A DNA stretch of 63,313 nucleotides, filler included, from Hyphochytrium catenoides (lineage: Eukaryota; Protista; Hyphochytriomycota), in the NCBI GenBank assembly GCA_900088475.1. It is 12 parts of 12 records of this genome, joined end to end, with 100 filler letters (N's around TTAATTAATTAA, not from the genome) between each part and the next. Parts side by side here need not be neighbours in the genome. Positions count along the whole stretch, not along the records: positions 49,919 to 58,919 come from FLMG01004507.1; positions 59,020 to 61,804 come from FLMG01000339.1; positions 61,905 to 63,313 come from FLMG01003871.1; 9 more parts are not named here. One strand, 5' to 3'. Under the pieces are notes generated by a model. The model searched no databases, was not told the origin of the DNA, and saw nothing but the letters and a program-made list of their open reading frames with translations. Position numbers and translations under genes: made by a program. Numbering within the stretch: position 1 is the first letter of the stretch; the number at the start of each line of letters is the position of its first letter. This document shows positions 51,223-63,313 of this stretch, piece after piece.

Positions 51223-53124
51223 TTATCTTTTACCCCTATTATAATAGAGCCACTCAACTAATTTATCCGCACACAATAGGTAGTTAACGCAGGACCGCTC
51301 ATGTCTCTTTGCATACCACGTAAGAGATTCTTGGCAGGTAGAAAGCTGCTGCCCACTTTCAGTTGCTTCTTGCGTTAGACGTTCGTGGCATTCGGAGAGG
51401 GCGTGACTGCATTCTTTTGCACCGTCCACAACATCTGCTTTCTTCCGGACCTCTCTCCGCATCACCTCAAGCTCTTGCCGAAACTCAGCACTAGATTTTT
51501 TCTTCTCTTGCTGCAGCTCTTGAATTCTCTCCTGTGCCTTTTGTAAAGCTCTTACAGGGTCGGAGCACCACACAGAGTTCACGTCGTCGAAGGTATAACC
51601 TCCTAGAGCGAGAGCCACCAGTAGAATGAGCAGTGTGGCAAATGGCAGTAGTAGAGTACGCCTCGACCGCCATGGTGACCACGATCCCAACTTCCGCCGT
51701 ATCTGTTGTCTCCAACTGTAATGGTCCTTTCTTACCTGGTGATACCGCCGTTCAGTCATCTCTTTTATTTCAGCTACCCCTGTGTGCATGATGAGCGAGC
51801 GAAGATAACTGAAGTCTGAATGATCGAGGTCAAAAGGATGACATTCTCCCCATTTGTACTCTCTGACTGGATAGTATGGCCGTCCGTCGGTAATGGTATT
51901 GCTGCAGATCACTGCATAGGGATAACTTGGAATGGTAGTTGTTTGTCTCGCATTGCTAATCAGCCCTATTGCTGCTTGTTGCTCTACCTCAGAGAAGGAG
52001 AAGAACGCCAAACCTTCATTAATGGCCCTCTGTCGTACTTCCGTCTTAAATTGACTGGTCTCTGCCACAGTCATGGTGTCGGCTTTTGCGATAATGGGCA
52101 GGACGGGCACACCAAAGTCGCTGATGCCCTTCATAAAGTTTATATCCATCTGCTTCACGCGATGTGCAGGGATGAAGAAAAGGCAAAGATCCACCCGAAA
52201 ATCGTCTTCCGAAGTAATGGGCTTCAACCTTGAGGCATCATCTGCAGCCTTTAGGTATTCTAGGTCCAGCCGTCGAACGTGATCCTGGATCATTTTGATG
52301 TCAAAGCTGATGTCATTCATTTCTCCGAAGCCAGGAGTGTCTTGTAGCCGATAATGTACAGTCGCGTCTCTGGAGTCGATAGTTATCTGCTTGCATAGCC
52401 TGTCGGGATTCTCTTTAAAGTCTTTTATCGTTGTGCTTTGTCCGTCATGCAACTCGATTTCACCGGTATACACCCCGAAGAGATTCTTTTGAAAAGTTGT
52501 TTTGCCGAGGCCAGCTTCGCCCACGATTAAATATGTTAACCGCATGACTTGTCTTCTGAAGGGAATACAAGAGTGGGCGTCTACTTGGACTTGGAATAGT
52601 CGCCCATTTGTAGCGTGCTGTTGTCGCATAACGTTGAGTGTGGCAGGTTCCTGCTGTTGTTGCTGTTCTAATAATGGCTGAGCAAACTGCTGGTGAGGAG
52701 GATTAGCTTGCTGCGGGACGTCTTGGTTCACAACCGGTGATCCCTTCTTCTTCCTTAACGCACTATAAGATGCATTAGGGATTGCTCTCTCACGAGAGAT
52801 GTCCTCGTCCTGCTTCTCCTCATTCCCCCTGTTACCTTGTTCTTGAATGACATTTTGTGCCATGCAAACAAAAGCTTCTGCTGGGATGCTGTTTGCTGCT
52901 GCAGGAGTGGTTGAGAGGACAGCATGCGCGACTCTCGTCGGAGGTGGTGCCACTGTGAGTCTTTTGTTACCTGCTACTTCAGAAGGTGACATGCGGCCGT
53001 CTGCACGAGACGGTACAGCAATACGATCAGGAGAGCTGGAAGCGTCAAGAGAGGAGGGCGTCCCGCCCTCGTCCTCCCCGTCGCCCCGTCTTCCTTCTTC
53101 TTCTTGTTGTTGATGTCGCTGCAT
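51223..53124 (-). CDS. Septin-family GTPase with C-terminal transmembrane helix and coiled coil (633 aa, intronless)
   Basis: G1 GEAGLGKT, G3 DTPGFG, RVDLCLFFIPAHR, G4 AKAD, PYAVI, septin-unique-element REYKWG...HSDF; TM LLLPFATLLILLVALALGG; heptad-rich tail. Confidence 0.92.
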   Translation of the reverse strand: MQRHQQQEEEGRRGDGEDEGGTPSSLDASSSPDRIAVPSRADGRMSPSEVAGNKRLTVAPPPTRVAHAVLSTTPAAANSIPAEAFVCMAQNVIQEQGNRGNEEKQDEDISRERAIPNASYSALRKKKGSPVVNQDVPQQANPPHQQFAQPLLEQQQQQEPATLNVMRQQHATNGRLFQVQVDAHSCIPFRRQVMRLTYLIVGEAGLGKTTFQKNLFGVYTGEIELHDGQSTTIKDFKENPDRLCKQITIDSRDATVHYRLQDTPGFGEMNDISFDIKMIQDHVRRLDLEYLKAADDASRLKPITSEDDFRVDLCLFFIPAHRVKQMDINFMKGISDFGVPVLPIIAKADTMTVAETSQFKTEVRQRAINEGLAFFSFSEVEQQAAIGLISNARQTTTIPSYPYAVICSNTITDGRPYYPVREYKWGECHPFDLDHSDFSYLRSLIMHTGVAEIKEMTERRYHQVRKDHYSWRQQIRRKLGSWSPWRSRRTLLLPFATLLILLVALALGGYTFDDVNSVWCSDPVRALQKAQERIQELQQEKKKSSAEFRQELEVMRREVRKKADVVDGAKECSHALSECHERLTQEATESGQQLSTCQESLTWYAKRHERSCVNYLLCADKLVEWLYYNRGKR

Positions 53125-54721
53125 CGGCTCGCTGCTTGCTACTGTTGGTCTGATCCTTTATTGCTTCGCGGTATATTACGTCTGTTGTCTTGCTTCTCCT
53201 GCTGCTTGCGTAGTGGTTGCCGGCGCGGCTGCCGCCGCCCTTACCCAATTTGTACTACTTCTACTTGCGGCAGATAGCAGAATCTTGGCCGGCACCTTCG
53301 TTGTGAGGTGTACTCTAAAAGGAAAAGTGATGGACTTCTACTACGCCACAGTCATGGTGCTCGCATCCTAGGCCATGCTGCTGTGCAATCCGCGTTACTA
53401 ATAATATTAAAAGCTATCAACACTGCTTACAATAAGTTCGTCCTTCTCCTCCTCCTGCTCCTCCGCTTTACTACTACCAATAATAACGACAGATCCTACG
53501 AGTGAACTGCTGGTGGTGGAAAGATAGGTACTGGTGAATGATATTTTTGTCAGGAAGACCTCACAACTGTGAACGATAGGATTACTAATGGCAGATTGTT
53601 GCTTCCGCGATTTGTCTTCGACGTGACATAGCAGACGTCCGTCACTAATAGACTGAAGAAGAAAACGTTCTTCCTGTTCAAATCTAGATGTTTATTTTTG
53701 TCAGGACTCATCATGATGTTCGGGAAGCAGAAGCCTTCGTTTCCTTTCTTTGCAAGCCTCAAAGAAGTTCAGCAAGGTTGAACCGCGAGGAGCATCCTGG
53801 TTGGTGGTCCCCTGCCAATTCGGGTGGTGAACTGACTGACTGAGCTGGTTGGTGGGCTGTGACCTCTTGGTTTTGTAACTTCTTCTTGTTCTCTATTTCG
53901 AGAAGATCAGTTTTTTTGTTATAGGAAGCAATCCAAGTTCGGAGGAGCCGTTTCTTCTCCTTCTTGGGGCGTTTATGCATTTTTCGGTAAGGGTTCGGAG
54001 TACAAGGACTACAAATAACGCTATGTATTTATAAGAATAAGAATAATAAGACACGGGCGGCTCGACGCGGGCTCGCCGATGGTGAAGGGCAAGGGGTAAT
54101 CCAGCCCCCTCCGGATGGACCTTAGGGAAAGGTAGGTAGTTCTAAAAATAGAACCTGCTCTACTAGAAAGGGTGGAGTGGTGCTTGTTATTTCATCTTTC
54201 CTTGCCATGGACTGGATGAAGACCAAGAACTACACATCGTTGGGGTCAGACCCGAGCGCATGTCCCGAGACTGAGTCCCGGGTCATGACGGCCTGTAACC
54301 TCAAAGTTCTATGGGTCCTACCTCCTGGGCTTTGGTGATAGAGTGATGTCTCTCCCAAGCCATGCTTTGCCATACATCCACCCAAAGTTGGGACGTGTTA
54401 CCGCCAATACGTTTAGTGTGACGGATTGTAAGCAAAGGTTTGGACGGGTGTGAAAAAGTTGAAGACTCGAGTAGCACCAAATCGACCCGGACACGTTTGT
54501 GTCACTCAGCTTGTAAGCCTCAAACACTTTTGGCCACTTCCTTTCTACCCACAACAGTCCGTTGCCTAGGAACTGGGCTCACATCATCCACCTCATCAGC
54601 AGGTGGGATCACAATTAGAAGAAGAGCAGTTCGATGTAGGTTGTAACGCCCTAACTTATTTAACTAGCTTGGCTGGAGGGCATCATCACCATCACTGGTC
54701 CTTTTTTTCGTCTCATCACTG

Positions 54722-55003
54722 ATGAGTGACCACCCCGAGAGAAGCGATAAGTTTAGCGACGAGACGGACTTCGATGATGTGCTTGGTGCATGGACCGACA
54801 TAGTAGGAGGGCGGCTGGGAAGTAATACAACAGTGGTCGGAGAGGTTACCTGCAAGGAAGAAGCGGCTAAAAAAGGTGATAGGAATGCCCAGAAGAGGAT
54901 CGGCTACTACCTGTGCAGCAGGCAGGCAGAAGGAGAATGCCCCTCCTCCTCCTTCAGCGTGACCTACGAGCGAGCAGAGTGCTGGCTTCTTGTTGGCGGG
55001 TAG
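54722..55003 (+). pseudogene. Possible Sel1-like repeat remnant
   Basis: EAAKKGDRNAQKRIGYYL...YERAECWL resembles the Sel1 consensus AA.QG...AQ..LG..Y...KA..W; short and closed by a stop. Confidence 0.35.
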
Positions 55004-58000
55004 CACCAGCAGTGAACTTATTGGGACTTCATTCATCATGCATGGAAGTCCTCCAGCTCCGACATCTAAAGCGCTGCGACAGAACCAGTGCCTACTAATT
55101 GGCCGGACAGAACAGCAATTACCATAAAGGAAGTGTAACACCAGTCGCTTGAGAAAGCCCCTCGCCGAGGATCTTTGTAGTGTTTACCGCCGGCCGCTGC
55201 TGCTGCTTCTTTTAAGGGAACGATGCATCATCAGTCTCGCCACCACCAGCAGAGGAATGCAGACGCTAACTATGGCATTTTAGATTAAAGTGACTGTCGC
55301 TAATAACAACTACGTAATACTAGTTCCGAAGGATGAGGGCTGAGTTTCCAACTAGATAATCCACGAATTTTTTATGGACTGCACATCAAAGGTCGCGAAA
55401 GAGTTCGGGTACCGTCCACCTCGAATTCTGCTGCCGGAAATGGCACAAATTGAGTCGGTCATCGTACCTACACTCCCAGCAGAGTGAGTCCCTTTGGTTC
55501 AGCCGAGTACTCTGGATGGGCACCGCCTCGTCCTGTACCCGCAATGTCACTGCAACGGTCAAGATTATTGCGCCTTCGCGATCACAATCAGTGCGTCGTC
55601 GTATCGAAGATCGCCTTGCAAGCTGTTAAAGATGCCACTCAGAGGGAAGAAGAACAGCCTTGTCCAAACTGACTTGATCTCGTCGGGATGAAGAATGATG
55701 ACAAGAGGCAGAGAGTTTGCGGGATAACTTCTATCGCAAACTTCCCTAACTCCTACCGCCGCCGACGAAAGTTATCTACATCTGGTGCAGGAGTTGTTCT
55801 TCTTCTGAAGAAGGAGAGGGAGCAGAGGAAAACTCTACCACTGCTACTGCAACAAGTAGTACGATGGCGGAGAGGAAGTAGTCAAACAAGGACCACAGAG
55901 GTGGAGGAGAGAGAGAAAACAAGCTACGAGTACTGGTCCAAAGAAAGGAGGAGACAATACGATGAGGAAGCCTGAGACATATTATAATGGATTCCTATCG
56001 TCATTTCCTTAGACAAGGTTCTGCTGTGGGACCATCATTGTCTTAAACTGCTGGGATAGTCACCGAAAGACATGTCAAGAACTGACAGGCAGTAGTTGTT
56101 GACGCGAAGTCCCAGCGCGCTCTAGCTATTCTGCTTAAGGTATGCGAGTTCTTCACCTTTCCCAGGATGGCTGCAGACATGAAAGGATTTAAGGAGGGGT
56201 GATGGAGGCCGTATGCATCAAAGTGCAGGTGGGTGATGACACCCTGCCTGCTGCCCCTGCCCCTACCTTGGATGCAATATTTTTGGAACAATAGGGAGGA
56301 GATGTGGCTTAGGTGGTGCTAGTACTTCTACAACGGAACAGAAAAGGAAGCGTGTGATAGGGAAAGTGATGATGATGATGATATGTCGACCTGTCCCCCT
56401 TCCTCCTCCTCCTGACCAAGTTGTATATTTGCGCTTATTTTGAGTAATAGTATTAGTCTCTAGCCGCCGTCTGCTTCTCGGTTGTCCTGTCGTCCGTCCA
56501 TCTATTTCTCATCCTAACTTTGATTGATTACCTCTTGCTACGGCCTCTTTTATGATGACAACCAGGATGAGTATGTGCAGAGGAAGGGACGGACCGGACA
56601 AAACAAATTCAGAAAATGCTGCTGCTGATAATAATGGCTTGACACTATAGAGACTAAAGATAGGGACGAGATTGGCGGTGGGACGTTATAAGTAGCTCTG
56701 CCGAATGTCTCTCACTCTAAAGACGTAACATATATAAGGAGTAAGGGCGCAGCGCTTATGGATGGGCGCTGGAGGTCTGGGTGTGCCCTGCCCCGCGTGC
56801 GGACATCACACTGGGGGGGCACGTTGTTCCGCTAGCTGTATATATGAGGTAGAAGATCTGACTGCACGGAATCGTAAACGGCAATAATCACGTCAACCAA
56901 CGATCGTACATCGCCAGCCGCCGGGTCCGCCGTACCTACCTTGAAGGGAATGATGTCATCATTAGTGGGGAAGAAGGGCACCATCGAGAGAAGAGAGCTA
57001 TATCAAGTAGCTCTGCCCTAGTCAGCCAGAAAAGAAAGAGGTCTGCTGCTGGTATACGAGTGCCTAGGTATGACGTTTCGGAGACCATCGTGGCGATCAG
57101 TCTTATCTCAGTTGTCGACCCTACGACCATGGCGTGATTACCTTGAAGGTCAAGATCGACCATCATGACAGCGCATACATCATGATCCGTCTACTCCAGG
57201 AAGGGGTTTCTTCCAAAGAAAGGCATGAGCAAAATGTGTGAGAGTTGATAAGTGGCAGACCCTCGCGGTGTTCTAGCTTGAAGTAGGAGGTATATCATGG
57301 ATGAAGGCGCCAGCAAGATGATGACCCATTGCCACAGACAGCAGACGAGCTCTCTCTTCTCTAGACTTGGCCTTGGCGGCTATAGGGAAAGTTTTTCTAA
57401 AGCGTCTTCCACCTATTCTCCGGCAAGGGTCTTTGTACCAGTGACAGCAGAGAAGGCTCTCGAGTGGGTGCTGCTGAGTGCAATTCTTTCGGTGATTATT
57501 AAATTTCCTAACCAACGTCATAAGCTGCTCAAAATTGTCGCGACCTGTGAGGCATACTGAGGTCACCGGAAGTAAGGACTCTCCTTATTTAGACGGCGTT
57601 CTGAGCAAAGCTAAAGTACGGCTAGGTAGCAGGAGCTGTTCGAACTGCGTGGGGCCTCAACAAGGCTCGGAGGGCAGCTTCGGAGGGCAGGTTTGGAGGA
57701 GCTGAATCACCTTCCTGATCCTCCAAGCACCGTCGAAATCGAGTAGCTTCAATTTACCTGTCCTCCTTAACCCGAACGGCATCGAGACCATGGAGCTTCG
57801 ACGTTCTGGCGAAGAAAAATAATATGTATAGAACTACACCAGTGTTGTTAAAAAGCTTAATGAGGACAAAAACTGAAGAGTACAGTCTCCCGATTACGAG
57901 GAGGCCACAATTTGGACCAGCTTACAGGGGATACGTTAACTTTATTGGTCAATCACTCCACGAAACAACGTTACTCAGCAGACAGAATGGACGTCGACTT

Positions 58001-58360
58001 ACTCCGATGACACGCCTTAACAAGAGGTTGGTGTCGACGTGATCTTCTTGACAACCAGACCGGCGCTGTTAACTAGAAGTCAAGACGAACTGAGGCTCGG
58101 GCTTGTGAGTTTCTATGGTCTATTGCCCACTGCACAATAGAGATGATCTGTTCAAATAGAGTAACCCTAACTTCCGGCGTCTTGGACCCCAAACCTCCAA
58201 GCGTCTACACAGGTTGGCTTCGAAAAGAGCAGGTGTAAGCATCAAGCTTACGGAGAAATGATAGAATTTAAAGAAAAAGACTTCATGGGCACAAAGATAA
58301 AGCGACTCTTCTTGCCGGTCCTCTTAGCGAACAGACACTTGTGGATGGATTTTCTCTCTA

Positions 58361-58677
58361 TTATTCAAAGAGAGAGATGTCATGAGTCTTTCCGAAGACC
58401 TTTGCCCAAGAAGGAGGTACGCTGAGCTTCACACTAACTCTTTCTCCTGACTCTTTCTCTTCTAGAGACACATTCGTCAATCCTTCTTCAAGGCTCTCGG
58501 CTATCCTTAAGCAGTAGAAGACGTGGCTAGCTAAGCCTAAGCCATCCGCCGTGTTATTTCCCTCTCGGCAGTACATAAACAAGCTACCGAGAGGGAGAGA
58601 GAGCTCCTCTGCTGCTTGAAACAGAAAGCGCGTCAATCCTGCCCCTCTTATGTTCTTCAATACACTCGTAAGAGAGC
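58361..58677 (-). CDS. PSMG2: Last exon of proteasome assembly chaperone 2 (PAC2)
   Basis: IRGAGLTR.L...LFMYCREGNNTADGLGLA...VPPSWAKVFG..ISLF* matches the PAC2 C-terminal pattern G.G.T..L / EGDN..DA..L / P.SW..LFG; CAG acceptor at 58680-58678. Confidence 0.8.
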
Positions 58678-61600
58678 CTGCTTTTGATTGTGAGTCTCAC
58701 TATTGGAGGAATAACGCCAGCGAGAAGGTCAAGAGAGACATCTCTTGTCCAGAGAGAGAGTGAAAGAGAGTGAGAGAGAGAGAGAGAAGAACAGAGAGAG
58801 AGGAACATGAGAGAGAGAGAGAGAAGTGTCGACACAAACAGACAGAGTGGCAAGCTGGTGCGAGACAACGCTTCTAGACAGTACTACGCACCATCCTCTA
58901 GCCGTTCCCTAGGCGGTTGNNNNNNNNNNNNNNNNNNNNNNNNNNNNNNNNNNNNNNNNNNNNTTAATTAATTAANNNNNNNNNNNNNNNNNNNNNNNNN
59001 NNNNNNNNNNNNNNNNNNNCGCTTTTTTCCCGGGCCCAGTCGTTGGAGGACTGAGTCGAGGGTCCGCGACCTTCTTCTTGGCCGGCCGATAGATAACGTC
59101 GTTCTCTGTTAAAATCATCGCCTTGTCGATCGAACAGCAGAAAGGGGAACGTACAAAGCGGTCGGCCCCTTTGCATGTGGGCTGTAGACTGGCCAGCAAG
59201 GAAGGAGAACAACCCAAACGTGAACGTACTAGCGAACAACGTGACAAAGTGAACAAGGCAGAAAAGGAAGTTTCTGCTCTTTTCCTTTGTGAGACATTGG
59301 GCGGGCGGGCACTGGGATGGAAACACGACGACTACTGTTCTACGAGCATTCCCTTCATATTCTTTATAAAACTTTGTTAGGGAAAGTCATCTCACGGCGA
59401 TCGGGCCCGCTTGCCTTCTCTTTTATTGATTGATTAGGAACCAGGGTCCTGGTCAACAGACAAACTTTGCCATCTTAGACCGACTAACACAGCGAAAGCT
59501 GCTTATTATTAGTAGTTCTACTACCATGCTAGGGCGAGACGAAGAAAGGTCTAGGTTGAGCCAAGAAACAGCGACGCGCAGTAGTCCCCGGTGCCAGGCA
59601 GTCCAACCCGCAGGCTAAGCTTCGCAACTCCATGCCCCATACAATTTATGGGGACGCAAATATTTGTTCTCTCGAGAGGTGATGAGAGAAGGGCGTTGCT
59701 GCGTTCTCTACCGCCCCGCGCTAGAGGTGACGGGTTTCAAGAGGGAGGAACCGGGACCGCTTGCCCTCAACACTTCTAGTCTAAAGACTCAACATCCGTC
59801 ATCCTCAGCATGATCTGCCATGATGATGAGGCAGCGAGCCTTTCATTAGCTCTCAGGCGGCTGGGAGCAGATCCAGCTGAAGGTTCACAGGCTGGCAAAG
59901 CTAGAGCCAAACGCTGAGCAGCTTTCCTTTGCTTCCTGCGGCCTGGCGCGACCAGGCAGGGCCGCAGCTACAGCGCCGCCCATGGCTCTTCTTCTACTGG
60001 TAAAATGTACTAACGGTAATAATTCAACTTTATTGTAGGTTTTATGTGAAGAAAATAAATCTATTTTGTCATTGTGACTTGACTGGCGATTTCACAAGAG
60101 CATCTCGCACCAGAAAGGAGCCGTTGATCTTATAAAAGTGCAATAATAATATGTGCCATTCCCCTCTTTTCTTATATAGAACTACTGTTTTGCCTGCACC
60201 ACTACCAGTAGTTAATTGTTCAAAACAGTACTCCGAAGTGTGTCTATTTTACTGCTCCGGACGGTCAACAATGATTTGCTCTTCTCGTTTCCTTTCTTCT
60301 GCCTTTTGCCGCCTTCGACCATTAGAAAGAATTAGAACTAATGAACAGGATTTCTGTTACGCAGTGGCCGTTCCCTTGTTCTTCTTGTTCTCTAATAATA
60401 CGCTGATGATTTGGCGTCTTCTTCATCGCTCTGCCGCTGCTGTCCCGCTTCCTGCTGCTTGTTCGCCTTCTCATCCATCATGACACCGCCGTGTCCTCTT
60501 GCTCTTCTCCTCGTCTCAAGGTACTCCCAGCAGCAAGAAGGATCAACAACAGATAATAGTTCCACTCGTGAAAATGAGAAGCTCTTCTGCTCCGCCGCTA
60601 TTCCCCCCAGGATCATCATCGCGCACAGTGACGGCACCAAGATCGAGGGCCGGTCACGCTTAAGGGCCGTTCCTTGCTCTCTAGAAGTCAGTCCGGCCAA
60701 CAGCACTGCACCAGATAGAGCACGCTGCTTTCATAGTAGTGTTCAGGCCGGACGCCCTTGGTACTAGGCGCTGCTAGTAGTTGTCCTTCTGCTACGCTCC
60801 CAGGCCTCGACGGTACCGCGCATTGCGAATTGCAATGCTGGCGTCTCGTCACAGCTCGTGCCCTCCCTCACCCCAACTGGTAGTAGTCCGGAACAGAGTT
60901 AGTAGACGAGACACCAAGGCAGCACTTACACCTGACTACCAATGACTGGTGAGTGCTGCAGGTGTGCTGCAGCACCTGCATCTTCCTCCACTGAGCGGCC
61001 AGTGAGGCCCGATAGCACAAATACAGAAGAATGTCCCCGCTATAACGGTTTAAGGCTCTGATGAGCATTAAAAAACGTCCTCGTGATACCCCACGGTCAT
61101 ATCTTTGCCCTGGGCTCTCCACAGGAAAAGAATGGCACAGCTCACACTATTATGTCAAGCAGAGGGCTTCCTAAGTCTAAGAAACAGGTATCTCTCATCC
61201 CAAGAGAAGAGCTGCCAAAACTTATCGATATCGCAAGGCTTCAGCCTTATTTTTGCAATGGAATTGGCCATGAAGCTGCTCTGACATGTCCTCTTGGCTG
61301 ACTTAGCCGTCAAAGCTTTCCTGATGATGGCTCTTTCACGGCCGTCCTCCCGCCGCCCGCCAGCATCGCCTGCTCCCCAAACACAAGAGAGCGATAATTG
61401 TAAGCCAACAGAAAGAGAAGAGATTTCCTTCTGCTCGACCGGATGACGTGACAGAGCATGCAATGTACGACAAGCCTCTGGCTGGGGCTATCAAACTGGC
61501 GCTTGACATTACTAGCCTGGGAGCTCTTCTTGCCGCCTAGCTGGTCAAGCGGGAGGAGGCTCTCGGCCCATTCATACTAGCCGTGTCCTAACTCCTTTAA

Positions 61601-62533
61601 TTTAAGACTAATTAACAAGAACTAAGCGTAAAGTATGAACTCCTTACCGACCCGCCTAACTAATAACTACGTGCTATCATCTCCTCTAACATAGGCCTCC
61701 CCTCCTCTCCGTTGCCACTATGTCTAGGTTCTGGGCAGGCGGCAAGGTTGAGACTGACCGAGCAAAAGGAGAGAGAAGAGAGAGAAAGGGAAAAGGGGGG
61801 GGGCNNNNNNNNNNNNNNNNNNNNNNNNNNNNNNNNNNNNNNNNNNNNTTAATTAATTAANNNNNNNNNNNNNNNNNNNNNNNNNNNNNNNNNNNNNNNN
61901 NNNNTCCGCCTGAAAAGTCCTCCTTATAGTCCATTAGCAAAATGCGTGTGCCCCTTTCGCCCCTGTTCTTTGCATAACGATTGCTGCTTTGATGATTGTG
62001 GTGCCGCCACCTCTACTGTCCCAGATTCAGTTGAAGGAAAATACGCTCCGTAGAGTTGGAACCCTCTCTTCCTGAGTGCAAACTCTCTTTCCCAGTAAGG
62101 GAATGTATGGCTTGCAGCAGTCGCCTTGCTATTTGGTGTGCGAAGCCAAGACCAAACGCGATAGCAGTACTGACTGTAAGACTCTTCGTCCGCTGCTGCC
62201 ATCATGTGATCCATGATGACAACAACTCAAAGTTGTTGCCCTTTAGTTCTGTTGGCCCGTCGTAGAACCTTTCAGCCCACGACTGGAGATGATGGCAGCC
62301 CACGAAAAGTTCAAGGTGTCCTCTACAAGCAAGTATCAGGACGGCCCGACAACCGGATGGAAGGCTCGCTTTGATGCTGATGTCAGGCAGTAGATTAGCA
62401 ACTAGCACGGGTCATACTGCTTTCTAATGACTACCGACGACGGTGGTGGCAGTCAGCTGAGTGATGATGGTAAGGACTGATTGCTTGCTGCCGCTGTGAG
62501 GCGTGATGTCTGCTGCTGCAGCGTATCCGAGAC

Positions 62534-62590
62534 CCTGATCCTGATGATTTCTGAAGGTCTCTGATGATTTCTGATGATCTCTGATGACGA
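62534..62590. repeat. 10-bp tandem repeat (ctgatgatYt) x ~5
   Basis: ctgatgattt ctgaaggtct ctgatgattt ctgatgatct ctgatgacga. Confidence 0.8.
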
Positions 62591-62615
62591 TGGATGACGC
62601 TTCTCCTCTCTCTCC

Positions 62616-62653
<38 letters not shown>

Positions 62654-63313
62654 TCTCTGTCTCTCTCTCTCTCTTTCTCTCACTCTCTCTCTGTCTCTCT
62701 CTCTGTCTCTCTCTCTCTTTCTTTCTCTCTCTCCTCGCTGAGGACGCCCATACATTATCTTAGGCAACGGAGCAGCAGCTCAGAAACCAACATTAAGCCC
62801 TCCTCAAGCTTATTTTGTCGTATTATGGAAGAAGCTGAGGAGAAGGTAACATTCCTCTAGCAAGAGAGAAAGACTAAGCCTAACATCTACTTATTATGGT
62901 ATAACCCACCCACCTCTGCTTTATATATTGTCGCAATAAAGAATCAACCCAAATACAATACGGGGGTAGGTGGCCCGTCAGTTACACTTACAGGAAGTTG
63001 AACCTAAGATACCCATGCTTTTGTCCAGCAGCTGCGCACGCTTATAAAACTCAAGTATGGAAAAGTGGGTAACGACCTTCAGCGTTACAGTCAAACCCAG
63101 GTCTCTCCAGAAGTCGCTTGACAGAAGGAAGAGAAAATAGATGGAGGAAGAGTTAAGAGAGAGAGAGTGAGAGGGAGAGAGAGGGAGAGAGAGAGAGAGA
63201 GAGTGTGTGTGTGAGAGAGAGAGAGAGTGTGTGTGTGAGAGAGAGAGAGAATGAGTGAGAGGAGAGAGAGAGAGTGAGAGGAGAGAGAGAGAGTGAGAGG
63301 AGAGAGAGAGAGA

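Noticed and set aside
62202-62408. Ankyrin-like LILACRGHLELF
   Set aside because: Single partial match without the TPLH motif or further repeats

Overview
Draft eukaryotic genomic DNA made of 12 contig pieces joined by artificial 100-nt linkers (N44-TTAATTAATTAA-N44), so adjacency across linkers is not trustworthy. The host has introns and UTRs packed with (CT)n/(GA)n microsatellites, and most ORFs in the supplied track are artefacts of these. Its gene repertoire (CDPK7-like EF-PH-kinase, transmembrane septin with PxHR motif) suggests a SAR protist or alga, probably a stramenopile (inference). Spliced host genes that could be rebuilt by hand: SNF1/AMPK-alpha 5' half, EF-hand/PH/CAMK kinase, a claudin-like membrane protein, a SAM-domain 3' end, a PSMG2 last exon and one ABCD3-like exon. 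Intronless genes: TM septin, disintegrin-repeat secreted protein, actinobacterial-like DUF4360 protein and a 577-aa orphan. The most notable feature is a microsatellite-free island (~22290-27180) holding a frameshifted Polinton/Maverick-type protein-primed DNA polymerase B. When the four frameshifts are repaired, it reads through a duplicated CxxC..H..HC zinc module into an NCLDV-type HNH endonuclease domain. All family calls come from motif recognition, not database searches.
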